Assembly (NCBI GenBank): GCA_013002045.1
Contig: JABDKV010000058.1
Location: 1 to 41,459 of the forward strand
From: Gammaproteobacteria bacterium
GTDB taxonomy: Bacteria > Pseudomonadota > Gammaproteobacteria > Steroidobacterales > JABDKV01
Length of the DNA stretch: 41,459 bases
Reading direction: 5' to 3'
The translations under genes and the position numbers were made by a program. Each line of letters opens with the position of its first letter. Position 1 is the stretch's first letter. A model generated the notes under the pieces. The model ran no database searches and was not told the origin of the DNA. It saw only the letters and a program-made list of their open reading frames with translations. Below, in pieces: positions 23,080-33,814 of the stretch.

Positions 23080-23280
23080 TCAGGCGTGACCGCGCGGCTC
23101 GGCAGCGCGTATAAAAAGTTCGTCGACCCGTTGACGATTGGCCCAGCGATCCTCGTCGAGCAACGCCAGCTGGTGGTTGAGCGCATCGTCGAGATCCTGC
23201 CAGCGCCAGCGTACGCAGGCGGACGGACTCGAGCCCAGGGGCGGCAGGTAAGTTGATTCAGTCCCAAAGGTCGCAATCAT
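23080..23280 (-). CDS. Small hypothetical protein (66 aa) upstream of the M48 protease
   Basis: GGAGG lies 9 nt upstream of the ATG. The stop is 13 nt before the protease start. No recognised family. Confidence 0.35.
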   Translation of the reverse strand: MIATFGTESTYLPPLGSSPSACVRWRWQDLDDALNHQLALLDEDRWANRQRVDELFIRAAEPRGHA

Positions 23281-23391
23281 TACGAAAATCCTCCAACGAT
23301 TTATCCCTGACTAAGCAGGGATCGTGCCAACTCCGTAGGGCCTTGATTTTCAGCATCACGGCGACTGTGGCTGCACCGATTTGCCGATCAG

Positions 23392-23420
23392 TGGGCAAAA
23401 GTTGCCCATCGGGCCGTTTT
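23392..23420 (+). other. Terminator-like hairpin in the sucA upstream region
   Basis: TGGGCAA-AAG-TTGCCCA followed by TCGGGCCGTTTTAG. No plus-strand CDS lies upstream of it. Confidence 0.35.
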
Positions 23421-23562
23421 AGTCTCGTTCGTCCGGGCCGAAAAACAGACACATACGGATGTTTCCGATAAACTACCGGGCGCTTTGCCTGTCCCGGCAC
23501 CAGGCAAGGTCTGGCCCTAATTTCGCAAGCCATTGGGTTCGCCGGTCGGTCGATACGAAAAC

Positions 23563-26394
23563 ATGAGCAAATCGCTGCAAGACAGACACGTCTCGACGCC
23601 ACTTTATGGTGGCAACGCCCCGTACGTAGAGTATTTCTACGAGCGCTACCTCGCTGACCCGACATCGGTCGATGACGGATGGCGGCGCTATTTCCAGTCC
23701 ATCAGCGACGGCAGTCAAAACGAGGTGCCGCGCGGACCGATCGAGGCGCAACTGGCGCAACAGCTGGCCAGGCCCCGTGTTGCCGCTGCAGCGGTAGCCG
23801 CAGATGCGGGCGACTTGCAGAAGCAGGCCGCCGTCATGAACCTGATCGCCGCCTTTCGCCTGCATGGTCATCGACTGGCACGACTTGATCCGCTGGGCCT
23901 GGCTGAGCAGGGCCGGGTAGCCGATCTGGATCCGGCCTATCACGGGCTCGGCGATGGCGACATGGACAGCGAGTACTACACCGACAGTCTCGCCGGGACC
24001 GAGCGTCTGCCGCTGCGCAAGATACTCGACCTGCTGCACCACATTTACAGTCGTTCGATCGGTGCCGAGTTTACCCACCTGTCGAGTACCCGCGAGCGCA
24101 ACTGGTTGCGCCATCGTTTCGAAACCGGTGCAGTCGCCGACGTGCTGGATACCGAGGCGCGTATTGAGTTGTTCAAGCAGCTAACGGCCGCTGAGGGTAT
24201 CGAGCGTTACCTGCATACCCGTTACGTCGGGCAAAAGCGATTTTCGCTGGAAGGCGGAGAAAGCCTGATCCCGTTGGCCAATGACCTGATACGTCACGCC
24301 GGCAGTCAGGGCGTCGATGAAGTCGTCATTGGTATGGCTCACCGTGGCCGCCTCAATGTGCTGGTCAATGTACTGGGTAAGCCACCAGCCGAGTTGTTTT
24401 CGGAGTTCGAGGGTCAGGTCGAGCACCGCGGATCCGGCGATGTGAAGTACCACATGGGCTTTTCGTCTGACGTGAAGACCAGTGGCGGCAACATGCACCT
24501 GGCGCTGGCTTTCAACCCCTCGCACCTGGAGATTGTCAACCCGGTCGTCGAAGGTTCGGTGCGTGCGCGCCAGGACCGGCGTCATGACCGGGTACGTAAC
24601 GATGTGGTACCACTGCTGATACATGGCGATGCTGCATTTGCCGGCCAGGGTGTCGTAATGGAGACATTGCAAATGTCTGCTACGCGCGGTTACTCAACCG
24701 GTGGCACAGTGCACATTATTTGCAACAACCAGATCGGGTTTACCACCAGCGACCCCAACGATGCGCGTTCGACACCGTATTCGAGCGACGTTGCGAAAAT
24801 GATCGAAGCGCCTGTTTTGCACGTCAATGCAGACGACCCGGAAGCAGTTATTTTTGCCGCCCGCGTAGCAATGGACTATCGCATGACCTTCAACAAGGAT
24901 GTTGTGATCGACCTGGTTTGCTATCGCCGCCATGGTCATAACGAGGCAGACGAGCCGGCAGCAACGCAGCCGGTGATGTATAAAAAGATTCGCAAGCACC
25001 CAACTGTGCGTTCGATATATGCGGACCAGTTGCGCGAGGCCGGTATTGTCGATGACAGCACGATCAAGAAGCTGGGTACGACCTACCGCGATGCGCTGGA
25101 TGAGGGCAAGGTCGCCTTCCTGTCGACACTGGGCATGATTGGCAACGAATTTACCGCAGACTGGAGCCGCTATCTCGAGCCGGACTGGGAAGAGCCGGTC
25201 GATACTGCTTATTCGCAGGAAAAGCTGGCGCTGTTGGCCGAACGCATCTCGACGGTTCCCGATGAGGTCAAGCTGCATAGCCGGGTCCAGCGCATCATGA
25301 CCGAGCGTGCGCGCATGGCCACAGGCGAGGTCCAGATGGACTGGGGTTTTGCCGAGACCCTGGCTTACGCAGGCCTTTTGACCGAAGGCTTCGATATTCG
25401 CATCAGCGGTCAGGACAGCGGCCGCGGAACTTTCTTTCATCGCCATGCCGTGTTGCATAACCAGACCGACGGCAGCGATTACATCCCGTTGCAACACGTT
25501 GCCGAAGACCAGCGACGATTCGAGGTTATTGATTCGTTCCTGTCAGAAGAGGCCGTGGTCGGATTCGAATATGGCTATGCCACCACCGACCCGGAAACGC
25601 TGGTGATCTGGGAGGCGCAGTTTGGCGACTTCGTCAACGGCGCGCAGGTAGTCATAGATCAGTTCATCAGTTCGGGCGAAGCAAAATGGGGCCGGTTGTG
25701 CGGTCTGGTCATGCTATTGCCGCATGGTTACGAAGGGCAGGGGCCGGAACATTCGTCAGCACGACTCGAACGATTCCTGCAGCTTTGTGCCGAGCACAAT
25801 ATGCAGGTTTGCGTGCCTTCAACTCCGGCACAGAACTTCCATATGCTGCGACGGCAAATGCTGCGTGGTATGCGTCGACCGTTGATTGTCATGACGCCAA
25901 AGAGCCTGCTGCGACACAAGCTGGCGACCTCACCACTGTCATCGATTACCAGCGGGCGCTTCCAAAGCGTTATCGGCGAGGTCGATGATATTTCGCCGCA
26001 GAAAGTAAGGCGGGTCGTGTTTTGCTCCGGCAAGGTCTTCTATGACCTGCTCGAAGCCCGGCGCGAAGCCGAACGCGACGACGTCGCCATTGTGCGTATC
26101 GAGCAGCTGTATCCGTTCCCGATCGAAAACTATGCGGCGCAACTGGCAGACTATCCGCATGCGCGGGATATCGTCTGGTGCCAGGAAGAGCCGCAAAACC
26201 AGGGTGCGTGGTACCAGGTACGGCACCGTTTGCAGGAACCGTTAGCCAGCCAGCAGGAATTAATCTATGCCGGTCGTGACAGCGCGGCGGCACCGGCAGC
26301 CGGTTTTTACAAGGTTCATGTCGAACAACAACAGGCACTGGTGGCTGCCGCGCTGGGACAAGCCCAGCCCGCGACTGTCGCCGCCAGTCAGTGA
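23563..26394 (+). CDS. sucA: 2-oxoglutarate dehydrogenase E1 component
   Basis: YGGNAPYVEYFYERYL, KRFSLEGGESLIP, HGDAAFAGQGVV, RRHGHNEADEP, EAQFGDF.NGAQ. Confidence 0.95.
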   Translation: MSKSLQDRHVSTPLYGGNAPYVEYFYERYLADPTSVDDGWRRYFQSISDGSQNEVPRGPIEAQLAQQLARPRVAAAAVAADAGDLQKQAAVMNLIAAFRLHGHRLARLDPLGLAEQGRVADLDPAYHGLGDGDMDSEYYTDSLAGTERLPLRKILDLLHHIYSRSIGAEFTHLSSTRERNWLRHRFETGAVADVLDTEARIELFKQLTAAEGIERYLHTRYVGQKRFSLEGGESLIPLANDLIRHAGSQGVDEVVIGMAHRGRLNVLVNVLGKPPAELFSEFEGQVEHRGSGDVKYHMGFSSDVKTSGGNMHLALAFNPSHLEIVNPVVEGSVRARQDRRHDRVRNDVVPLLIHGDAAFAGQGVVMETLQMSATRGYSTGGTVHIICNNQIGFTTSDPNDARSTPYSSDVAKMIEAPVLHVNADDPEAVIFAARVAMDYRMTFNKDVVIDLVCYRRHGHNEADEPAATQPVMYKKIRKHPTVRSIYADQLREAGIVDDSTIKKLGTTYRDALDEGKVAFLSTLGMIGNEFTADWSRYLEPDWEEPVDTAYSQEKLALLAERISTVPDEVKLHSRVQRIMTERARMATGEVQMDWGFAETLAYAGLLTEGFDIRISGQDSGRGTFFHRHAVLHNQTDGSDYIPLQHVAEDQRRFEVIDSFLSEEAVVGFEYGYATTDPETLVIWEAQFGDFVNGAQVVIDQFISSGEAKWGRLCGLVMLLPHGYEGQGPEHSSARLERFLQLCAEHNMQVCVPSTPAQNFHMLRRQMLRGMRRPLIVMTPKSLLRHKLATSPLSSITSGRFQSVIGEVDDISPQKVRRVVFCSGKVFYDLLEARREAERDDVAIVRIEQLYPFPIENYAAQLADYPHARDIVWCQEEPQNQGAWYQVRHRLQEPLASQQELIYAGRDSAAAPAAGFYKVHVEQQQALVAAALGQAQPATVAASQ

Positions 26395-26425
26395 TTCATC
26401 GTAGGGCAGGAAAGCGAGTCTACAC

Positions 26426-27643
26426 ATGAGTATCGAGGTTAAGGTCCCGCAGTTACCGGAATCGGTCGCCGATGCCACATTGGTGTCCTGGCACAAGAAG
26501 CCCGGCGACGCGGTCGCACGTGATGAGAACCTGGTCGACCTGGAAACCGACAAGGTGGTCCTGGAAGTACCGGCACCGACCGACGGTGTCATCGAAGCCA
26601 TCCACGAGGACGACGGCGCCACGGTGACCAGCGGCCAGTTGCTGGCAACGATCACCGCAGGGGAAGCGCCGGCGGCAAGCCCACCACCATCAGGCGAGTC
26701 TGAGTCATCGCCTGCGCCGGCAGCAACGGCACCGTCGGCGGCAGCTGGGTCGGGTGCATCAGCGCATAAGTTATCGCCTTCGGTGCGCCGACTGGTCGAG
26801 GAACACGACCTGGATCCGGCGCAGATAAGCGGCTCAGGTCGCGATGGCAGACTGACGAAATCCGATGTCATGTCGCATATCGATGGTGGTGGCAAGAAGC
26901 AGGCACCTGTAGCGGCACCACAGCCCGCGCCAGCCAGCGGCGAACGTAACGAGCGACGTGTGCCAATGACGCGGTTGCGGTCGCGGATTGCCGAGCGCCT
27001 GGTAGATGCGCAGCAGACGGCGGCCATGCTGACGTCATTCAACGAGGTCGACCTGACTGAGGTCAAGAAACTGCGCGCGTCTTACCGTGACGATTTCGAG
27101 AAAAAACACGGCACCAAGCTGGGCTTCATGTCGTTTTTCGTCAAGGCCGCGATCGAAGCATTGCGACGTTTCCCGGTGGTCAATGCCTCGGTCGATGACA
27201 ATGACATTCTCTACCACGATTACTTCGATATCGGGATTGCCGTGTCGACCGAGCGTGGCCTGATGGTGCCGGTGTTGCGTAATGCCGACCAGATGAGTTT
27301 TGCCGATATCGAAAACGGTATTCGTGACTATGCCACCCGCGCACGCGAAGGTACGATCGGACTCGACGACCTGACCGGTGGAACATTCACGATTACCAAC
27401 GGTGGGGTATTCGGCTCGCTGATTTCTACGCCGATTATCAATCCGCCTCAGAGTGCGATTCTCGGTATGCACAAGATCCAGGATCGACCGATGGTGGTCG
27501 ATGGCGAGGTCAAGGTGCGGCCAATGATGTATATCGCGCTAACCTACGATCACCGGATAATCGATGGCCGTGAAGCAGTTATGACATTGGTCACGATCAA
27601 GGAAGCACTGGAAGACCCGGCCCGGTTACTGCTGCAGGTTTAA
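26426..27643 (+). CDS. sucB: Dihydrolipoyllysine-residue succinyltransferase, E2 component
   Basis: Lipoyl domain [15 protein letters not shown], Ala/Pro linker, E3-binding LSPSVRRL, catalytic TYDHRIIDG. Confidence 0.95.
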   Translation: MSIEVKVPQLPESVADATLVSWHKKPGDAVARDENLVDLETDKVVLEVPAPTDGVIEAIHEDDGATVTSGQLLATITAGEAPAASPPPSGESESSPAPAATAPSAAAGSGASAHKLSPSVRRLVEEHDLDPAQISGSGRDGRLTKSDVMSHIDGGGKKQAPVAAPQPAPASGERNERRVPMTRLRSRIAERLVDAQQTAAMLTSFNEVDLTEVKKLRASYRDDFEKKHGTKLGFMSFFVKAAIEALRRFPVVNASVDDNDILYHDYFDIGIAVSTERGLMVPVLRNADQMSFADIENGIRDYATRAREGTIGLDDLTGGTFTITNGGVFGSLISTPIINPPQSAILGMHKIQDRPMVVDGEVKVRPMMYIALTYDHRIIDGREAVMTLVTIKEALEDPARLLLQV

Positions 27644-27663
27644 AACTAAGAGGATTCCCGTAA

Positions 27664-29088
27664 ATGAGTAAGTATGACGTGGTCGTCATTGGTGCCGGCC
27701 CTGCTGGCTATGTTGCTGCTATCCGCGCGGCCCAGCATGGCAAGAAAGTGGCGTGCATCGATTCGTGGAAAAACTACGATGGTTCGAAAGCGTTCGGTGG
27801 CACCTGTCTCAATGCCGGTTGTATACCGTCGAAGGCATTGCTGGAGTCGTCTGAACTCTATGAGCGTGCCCGCCATGAATTTGATACACATGGAATCAAG
27901 GTCGGAGATGTCGGTCTGGACCTGGGAACGATGCAGAAGCGTCGTGCCGGCATCGTCAAACAGTTTACCGGTGGTATTACGGCGCTATTCAAAGCCAATG
28001 GCGTGCAGGGTATGTTCGGTAAGGGTCGGATGCTGGGCCCCGGTAAGGTCGAGTACACACCCGATGATGGCAACAGTGAAATACTGGAAACCGAACACAT
28101 CGTTCTGGCTTCGGGTTCGACGCCGATCGAGCTGCCGAATATTCCTTTCGATGAGAAGCACATCGTCGATTCATGGCGCGCGCTGGAGTTCGATTCGGTG
28201 CCACCGACGCTTGGCGTCATCGGCGGGGGTGTGATCGGGCTGGAACTGGGCAGTGTCTGGAGCCGGCTTGGTGCCGAGGTCACAGTGCTGGAAGCACTGG
28301 ATGACTTTCTCGCGCTGGCCGACCAGCAGATTGCCAAGGATGCGATGCGCCAGTTCAAGAAGCAGGGTCTGAAGTTCAAGCTCGGTGCGCGGGTCAATGC
28401 CGGCAAAGTCAGCGATGGCAAGGTCAAACTCAGCTACCAGGACAAAAAGGGCGAACACCAGCTCGAAGTCGATAAGGTCATTGTCGCTGTTGGCCGTCGA
28501 CCCTACACCGATGGTCTGCTGGCAGACGGGACCGGTGTGAAGCTCGACCAACGCGGTTTTATAGAGGTCGATGACGAGTGTCGCACCGGTGTGAGCAATG
28601 TCTGGGCCATCGGGGATTGTGTCCGCGGACCGATGCTGGCGCACAAGGGTTCGGAAGAGGGCATCATGGTCGCCGACCTGATCGCCGGAGAAGTCGCAGA
28701 GCTTAATTACAACGTCATTCCCTCGGTTATCTACACCGCCCCGGAAGTGGCGTGGGTGGGTAAAACCGAAGAGGAGCTGAAAAAAGCCGGGGTGCGCTAC
28801 AAGGTTGGCACGTTTAACTTCGGCGCCAATGGCAGGGCCAAGGCGATGGAGCAGGCTACAGGTGTAGCCAAGGTGCTGGCGGCACAGGCAGATGACGAAA
28901 TACTGGGTGTGCATATCGTCGGCCCGCTGGCCGGTGAGCTGATCCAGGAATGCGTGCTGGCGATGGAGTTCTCAGCCAGTGCCGAGGATATTCAACGCAC
29001 CATCCATGCGCACCCGACACTATCTGAAGCGATACATGAGGCAGCGTTGGCGGTCGACAAAATGGCGATTCACGCTATCAACAAGTAA
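27664..29088 (+). CDS. lpdA: Dihydrolipoyl dehydrogenase, E3 component
   Basis: VVVIGAGPAGY, redox centre GGTCLNAGCIPSK, HAHPTLSE. Confidence 0.95.
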   Translation: MSKYDVVVIGAGPAGYVAAIRAAQHGKKVACIDSWKNYDGSKAFGGTCLNAGCIPSKALLESSELYERARHEFDTHGIKVGDVGLDLGTMQKRRAGIVKQFTGGITALFKANGVQGMFGKGRMLGPGKVEYTPDDGNSEILETEHIVLASGSTPIELPNIPFDEKHIVDSWRALEFDSVPPTLGVIGGGVIGLELGSVWSRLGAEVTVLEALDDFLALADQQIAKDAMRQFKKQGLKFKLGARVNAGKVSDGKVKLSYQDKKGEHQLEVDKVIVAVGRRPYTDGLLADGTGVKLDQRGFIEVDDECRTGVSNVWAIGDCVRGPMLAHKGSEEGIMVADLIAGEVAELNYNVIPSVIYTAPEVAWVGKTEEELKKAGVRYKVGTFNFGANGRAKAMEQATGVAKVLAAQADDEILGVHIVGPLAGELIQECVLAMEFSASAEDIQRTIHAHPTLSEAIHEAALAVDKMAIHAINK

Positions 29089-29091
29089 CGT

Positions 29092-31221
29092 TCACGAGCG
29101 TCGTGTTACCGAGATAATGTTCGGCAGGTTGCCGATCCGCAGCATCAACTTGCTCAGTTCTTCGAGACTGTGAATCTCGACCGTGAGTGAGAAAGTTGCG
29201 GTCATGTCCTGCTTGTTGGTGGTCGTGGTCATGCCGACGATATTAATTTTCTCGGCCGACAACAGCGAGCTGATGTCCTTGACGAGATTGCGTCGGTCGT
29301 AGGCTTCGACGGCGATGTCGACCGGGTAGGCGGCGCGCTCCTCACCGGCCCAGCTTACCTCGAGTACGCGCTCGCGATAGCGATCGGCAAGACGCAGGAA
29401 ATTGGCGCAGTGCTGACGATGAATGGTGACACCACGCCCGAGCGTTATATAGCCGGCAATCGCGTCCGGTGGCACCGGTTTGCAACACCTGGCGAAGGTG
29501 GTCATCAGTCCGCCGACGCCCTCGACATCGATCGAGGCGGGTCCGCCCGTTGTCGGTTTGCGCACCGGTAACTCACGCCCTTCGACCTCTTCCTCATCCG
29601 GCGTCAGCCGTTGTTGTAGCCGCTTGGCAATATCGGCAACCGTGATATCGCCGGCACCGACCGCGATGTACAGATCGGTCGGGCCGCTGAGGCTGAACTC
29701 CTGTGACAACTCCCCATGATCGAGATTGCCAAGACCGAGCCGTGACAGCTCACGTTCCAGCAGGTGCTGGCCCTGGTCGCGATTCTGCTGCTGGTCCTGG
29801 CGCCGGAACCAGGTACGTACCTTGGATCGTGCCCGGGTCGAGGCCAGGTAGCCGAGTTGCGGAATGAGCCAGTCGCGACTCGGTTCACCGCTCTTGGCGG
29901 TAATGACTTCGACCTGCACGCCATTGGTGAGCTTGTGAGTCAGCGGTACGATTCGACCATCTACGCGCGCGCCGCGACAGCGATGACCGAGTTCGGTATG
30001 CACGTGATAGGCAAAATCCAATGGTGTCGAGCCATACGGCAGATCGAGGATATCGCCTTGCGGGGTCAATACGTAAACACGATCTTCGAACAGGTCGGCA
30101 CGGAAGCGTTCGATAAAGTCGTCGTCGCTGTCAGCTTCAGTCGGGTCGAGCAGGCTGCGGACCCAGCGGATCTTGCGTTCAAAAGCAGCATCACTGCCAC
30201 CGCCTTCCTTGTACTTCCAGTGCGCCGCGACGCCGAGTTCGGCATGCGCATGCATCTCGTGCGTGCGGATCTGGATCTCCAGAGTCTTGTTGCCGGGGCC
30301 AATAACGGCGGTGTGCAGCGAACGATAAAAGTTGCCTTTGGGAGTGGCGATATAGTCGTCAAACTCGCCCGGGATATAGGGCCAGCGACCATGCACCGCG
30401 CCGAGGACCGCATAGCAGTCGGCCACGCTTTCGACTAACACCCGTACCGCCCGCACATCGAAGATATGCTCAAAGCCCACACCCTTGCGCTGCATCTTCT
30501 TGTAGATGCTGTAGATGTGTTTCGGTCGGCCCTGGATGTCTGCCTTAATGCCGAGCTTGCTGACTTCGGCTTCGAGTTCTCCGAGCACGGTGCTGATATA
30601 GGCTTCGCGGCTGACGCGCTTTTCAGCCAGCAGTTTTGCAATCTTCTTGTAGGTGTCGGGTTCGAGGAAACGGAAAGAAAGATCCTCCATTTCCCACTTG
30701 AGCTGCCACACACCGAGCTTGTTCGCCAGTGGTGCATAGATCTCGCTAGTCTCCAGTGCGATACGGCGGCGTTGCTCGTCGCTGGCCGATTTCGCCTGAC
30801 GCAGTCGATGCAGCTGGTTGGCCAGCAATACCAGTACCAGCCTGACGTCCTCGACGATGGACAACAGCATTTTGCGCAGGGTTTCGCCCTGCTGTTCGTC
30901 GAGACCGGCACTGACATCCCAGTTCTCCGGGAATGTGAATCCACCGAGCCGAACCAGTTCCCGGGCCAGGCGGGCGACGTCGTCGGGCAGCTTGCGTTGT
31001 AGCTGGCGCTTGCTGAGCAGACCACTCTCGATGAATGGATATAGCATCGCTGCGGCGCGCAGCGTGGGATCGCCACCGAGTTCCTCCACAATCGAGACGA
31101 TGGCGGTGGCCCGCGCCAGGATAGCGGCATCAGCGTCATTTCCCGGGCGTACGCATTGCTCAGCCAGTGCTGCGGCAGTGTTCAGAGGGGCTGGTATGGG
31201 CTGATCTTCGGTGGCGCTCAA
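29092..31221 (-). CDS. relA: GTP pyrophosphokinase, RelA-type (p)ppGpp synthetase
   Basis: Synthetase motifs YRSLHTAV and EIQIRTHEMHAHAELGVAAHWKYKE, plus TGS and C-terminal ACT-like regions. The hydrolase HD motif is degenerate (AAMLYPFIESG). TTG start. Confidence 0.88.
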   Translation of the reverse strand: MSATEDQPIPAPLNTAAALAEQCVRPGNDADAAILARATAIVSIVEELGGDPTLRAAAMLYPFIESGLLSKRQLQRKLPDDVARLARELVRLGGFTFPENWDVSAGLDEQQGETLRKMLLSIVEDVRLVLVLLANQLHRLRQAKSASDEQRRRIALETSEIYAPLANKLGVWQLKWEMEDLSFRFLEPDTYKKIAKLLAEKRVSREAYISTVLGELEAEVSKLGIKADIQGRPKHIYSIYKKMQRKGVGFEHIFDVRAVRVLVESVADCYAVLGAVHGRWPYIPGEFDDYIATPKGNFYRSLHTAVIGPGNKTLEIQIRTHEMHAHAELGVAAHWKYKEGGGSDAAFERKIRWVRSLLDPTEADSDDDFIERFRADLFEDRVYVLTPQGDILDLPYGSTPLDFAYHVHTELGHRCRGARVDGRIVPLTHKLTNGVQVEVITAKSGEPSRDWLIPQLGYLASTRARSKVRTWFRRQDQQQNRDQGQHLLERELSRLGLGNLDHGELSQEFSLSGPTDLYIAVGAGDITVADIAKRLQQRLTPDEEEVEGRELPVRKPTTGGPASIDVEGVGGLMTTFARCCKPVPPDAIAGYITLGRGVTIHRQHCANFLRLADRYRERVLEVSWAGEERAAYPVDIAVEAYDRRNLVKDISSLLSAEKINIVGMTTTTNKQDMTATFSLTVEIHSLEELSKLMLRIGNLPNIISVTRRS

Positions 31222-31365
31222 TGCGTTATTTCCGGTGATATTGACTCGTGTGCGCGGTGAGAAAAACCGTTATCATACCGTCTTTAACAGGTGGGCCTGC
31301 CGCGGTGAAGGCGGTGCGGCCCGGTACAGTGTTTAAACGGTGGAGAGACCATTCAGGACGCGTGC

Positions 31366-31956
31366 ATGAATAAAAGCCACGTCTGGCGGGCACTTGCGAT
31401 CATGGCAGGTAGTGTCATGTGCGGCCCCGCTCTCGCTACCGCTCTCGATCTCAATCTCAACGACGATGCTGCGCGACTGACCTATGCGTCATTGCTTGCT
31501 GATGGCCAGCTGGAGTTCGATCTCGGCTGGCTGCATCACCAGCAACGGGGTGAGCTGCTGTCGTTGTCGCTGGGGCGAATCGGGGAAGCGGGTGGCGGAA
31601 CTCAATCGATAACGGCCGGTATCGGGGGGCGGGTATATCTCGTCGAACCTGACCTGCCGGTGATCCCGGGATTCGATGCTGACCAGCGCGGCGCTTTACT
31701 CGGCGTTGGCGGTTTTTTCCGCATGAAGCTGGCTGAATACGACCGTATCGGTTTTGCTGGCCATGGGTATTACGCGCCCGACGTGCTGGCATTTGGCGAC
31801 GCGGAAGACCTGGTCGAGATTGAGTTGCGACTGACTTACAGCATCCTGCGCGATGCGGATATCTACGTCGGTGCCCGTTACCTCAAGGCCGGGTTCGACG
31901 ACATAGAAGTGAATATGGATAACGGCCTGCATATCGGCCTGAGACTGGAGTTTTGA
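31366..31956 (+). CDS. Small outer-membrane beta-barrel protein, YfaZ-like
   Basis: Signal peptide ...VMCGPALA. Alternating beta pattern, GGRVY, GHGYYAPDVL, ARYLK, C-terminal GLRLEF. Confidence 0.55.
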   Translation: MNKSHVWRALAIMAGSVMCGPALATALDLNLNDDAARLTYASLLADGQLEFDLGWLHHQQRGELLSLSLGRIGEAGGGTQSITAGIGGRVYLVEPDLPVIPGFDADQRGALLGVGGFFRMKLAEYDRIGFAGHGYYAPDVLAFGDAEDLVEIELRLTYSILRDADIYVGARYLKAGFDDIEVNMDNGLHIGLRLEF

Positions 31957-31959
31957 AAC

Positions 31960-32715
31960 GTGGCGGGCCACAGTAAATGGGCGAACATCCAGCACCGCAA
32001 AGGTGCCCAGGACAAAAAACGCGGCAAGCTGTTCACTAAGCTCATTCGCGAAATCACGGTTGCAGCAAAAATGGGCGGTTCCGATATCGCGTCCAATCCG
32101 CGCTTGCGACTGGCGGTCGACAAAGCCAAGGCACAGAGCATGCCCAAGGACAACATCGATCGTGCAATCAAGCGTGGCGCCGGTGAACTCGACGATGCCA
32201 ATTACGAAGAAGTTCGCTACGAAGGCTATGGTCCCAGTGGTGTCGCGGTCATGGTCGATTGCCTGACCGACAACCGCAATCGCACCGTAGCCGAGGTGCG
32301 GCATGCATTCAGTAAGCATGGGGGCAATCTCGGGGCCGATGGTTCGGTTGCCTACCTGTTCAACCATGTCGGTCTGCTCAGTTTCCCCAGCGGTAGCGAT
32401 GAAGACGCCATCATGGAAGCCGCACTCGAGGCCGGTGCCGAAGACGTTGTCGTCAACGACGATCATTCGATCGATGTGCATACCGACCCGGGTGACTTCG
32501 AGTCAGTACGCGATGCAATGATTGCAGCCGGGCACAAACCGGATGATGCCGAGGTCACCATGGTGGCCTCCACCCAGACCGAACTCGGCGACAAGGATGC
32601 CGGGACCATGATGAACCTGCTCGAGCTGCTCGAGGATCTCGATGACGTACAACAGGTTTATTCGAATGCCGAGATCCCGGATGAGATCCTCGCGCAGTTG
32701 TCCGAATCGGCGTGA
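31960..32715 (+). CDS. yebC: YebC/PmpR family DNA-binding transcriptional regulator
   Basis: [28 protein letters not shown]...; GTG start. Confidence 0.93.
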   Translation: MAGHSKWANIQHRKGAQDKKRGKLFTKLIREITVAAKMGGSDIASNPRLRLAVDKAKAQSMPKDNIDRAIKRGAGELDDANYEEVRYEGYGPSGVAVMVDCLTDNRNRTVAEVRHAFSKHGGNLGADGSVAYLFNHVGLLSFPSGSDEDAIMEAALEAGAEDVVVNDDHSIDVHTDPGDFESVRDAMIAAGHKPDDAEVTMVASTQTELGDKDAGTMMNLLELLEDLDDVQQVYSNAEIPDEILAQLSESA

Positions 32716-33224
32716 CCACAGTCCGCATACTGGGAATCGATCCGGGATCGCGAATTACCGGATTTGGTGTCATTGATATAGCGGGTGACCGCCTGCGCTA
32801 TGTCGACAGTGGTTGCATCCGTACCGGCGGTAACGAGTTCAACGCACGGCTCGAAGAAATCTACGCCCGGGTCGCAGAGCTGATCGCGTTGCATGAACCG
32901 GCGGAGATCTGTCTCGAACGTGTATTCATGCATCGCAACGCCGATAGCGCATTGAAACTCGGGCACGCGCGTGCCGCAGCCATATGCGCGGTGTTCGCCG
33001 ATGCAATCGGTTTTCGGCCGGTGCTGTCAGAATACAGCCCGCGCCAGGTCAAACAGGCGATTGCCGGTTATGGTGCCGCCGAGAAGTCGCAGGTTCAGCA
33101 CATGGTGCAACGACTGCTGTCGTTGGATGGTCAATTGCAAAGCGACGCGGCTGATGCACTGGCCATTGCGGTCTGTCATGCCCATTCACGTCGTACCCGT
33201 GCCATGCTGCAGGCGGCACCATGA
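32712..33224 (+). CDS. ruvC: Crossover junction endodeoxyribonuclease RuvC
   Basis: [25 protein letters not shown]......[11 protein letters not shown]. Its start overlaps the yebC stop. Confidence 0.93.
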   Translation: MTTVRILGIDPGSRITGFGVIDIAGDRLRYVDSGCIRTGGNEFNARLEEIYARVAELIALHEPAEICLERVFMHRNADSALKLGHARAAAICAVFADAIGFRPVLSEYSPRQVKQAIAGYGAAEKSQVQHMVQRLLSLDGQLQSDAADALAIAVCHAHSRRTRAMLQAAP

Positions 33225-33814
33225 TCGGATCGTTGCGTGGCAAGCTCATCCTGCGGCAACCACCGAGCCTGATTGTCGAAGTCGGTGGCGTTGGCTATGA
33301 ATTACAAGCCCCGATGTCGACCTTCTATGACCTGCCCGGTGTCGGTGACAGCCTGTTTCTCTATACCCACCTGATCACTCGCGAAGATGCGCGTGAGCTC
33401 TATGGTTTCGGCACACTGTCAGAACGCGACCTGTTTCGTTCGCTGATCCGTATATCGGGGGTTGGTGGTCGTATGGCGCTATCGATATTGTCGGGCATGA
33501 GTGTCAATGAGTTTGTCGCCTGCATCGAACGCGGCGATACCGCCTTGCTGGTCAAGGTGCCTGGTGTCGGCAAGAAGACCGCTGATCGGCTCGTGGTCGA
33601 GATGGGTGATCGTGTCGATGGCCTCGGTACGACCGGTGTCGGCGTTGGCGATGACAGCGGTGGCGGTGCCGAGAATGAGGCCTTCAGCGCGCTGGTGGCC
33701 CTGGGGTATCGTTCGACCGAGGTGACCAAGATGCTGCGAGATATCGAGACTGCCGGTCAGACCACCGAAGAGATCATACGCACGGCGTTGCAGCGACAGG
33801 CGGAGAAGGGATGA
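33221..33814 (+). CDS. ruvA: Holliday junction branch migration complex subunit RuvA
   Basis: MIGSLRGKL......[17 protein letters not shown]...[16 protein letters not shown]. Confidence 0.93.
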   Translation: MIGSLRGKLILRQPPSLIVEVGGVGYELQAPMSTFYDLPGVGDSLFLYTHLITREDARELYGFGTLSERDLFRSLIRISGVGGRMALSILSGMSVNEFVACIERGDTALLVKVPGVGKKTADRLVVEMGDRVDGLGTTGVGVGDDSGGGAENEAFSALVALGYRSTEVTKMLRDIETAGQTTEEIIRTALQRQAEKG

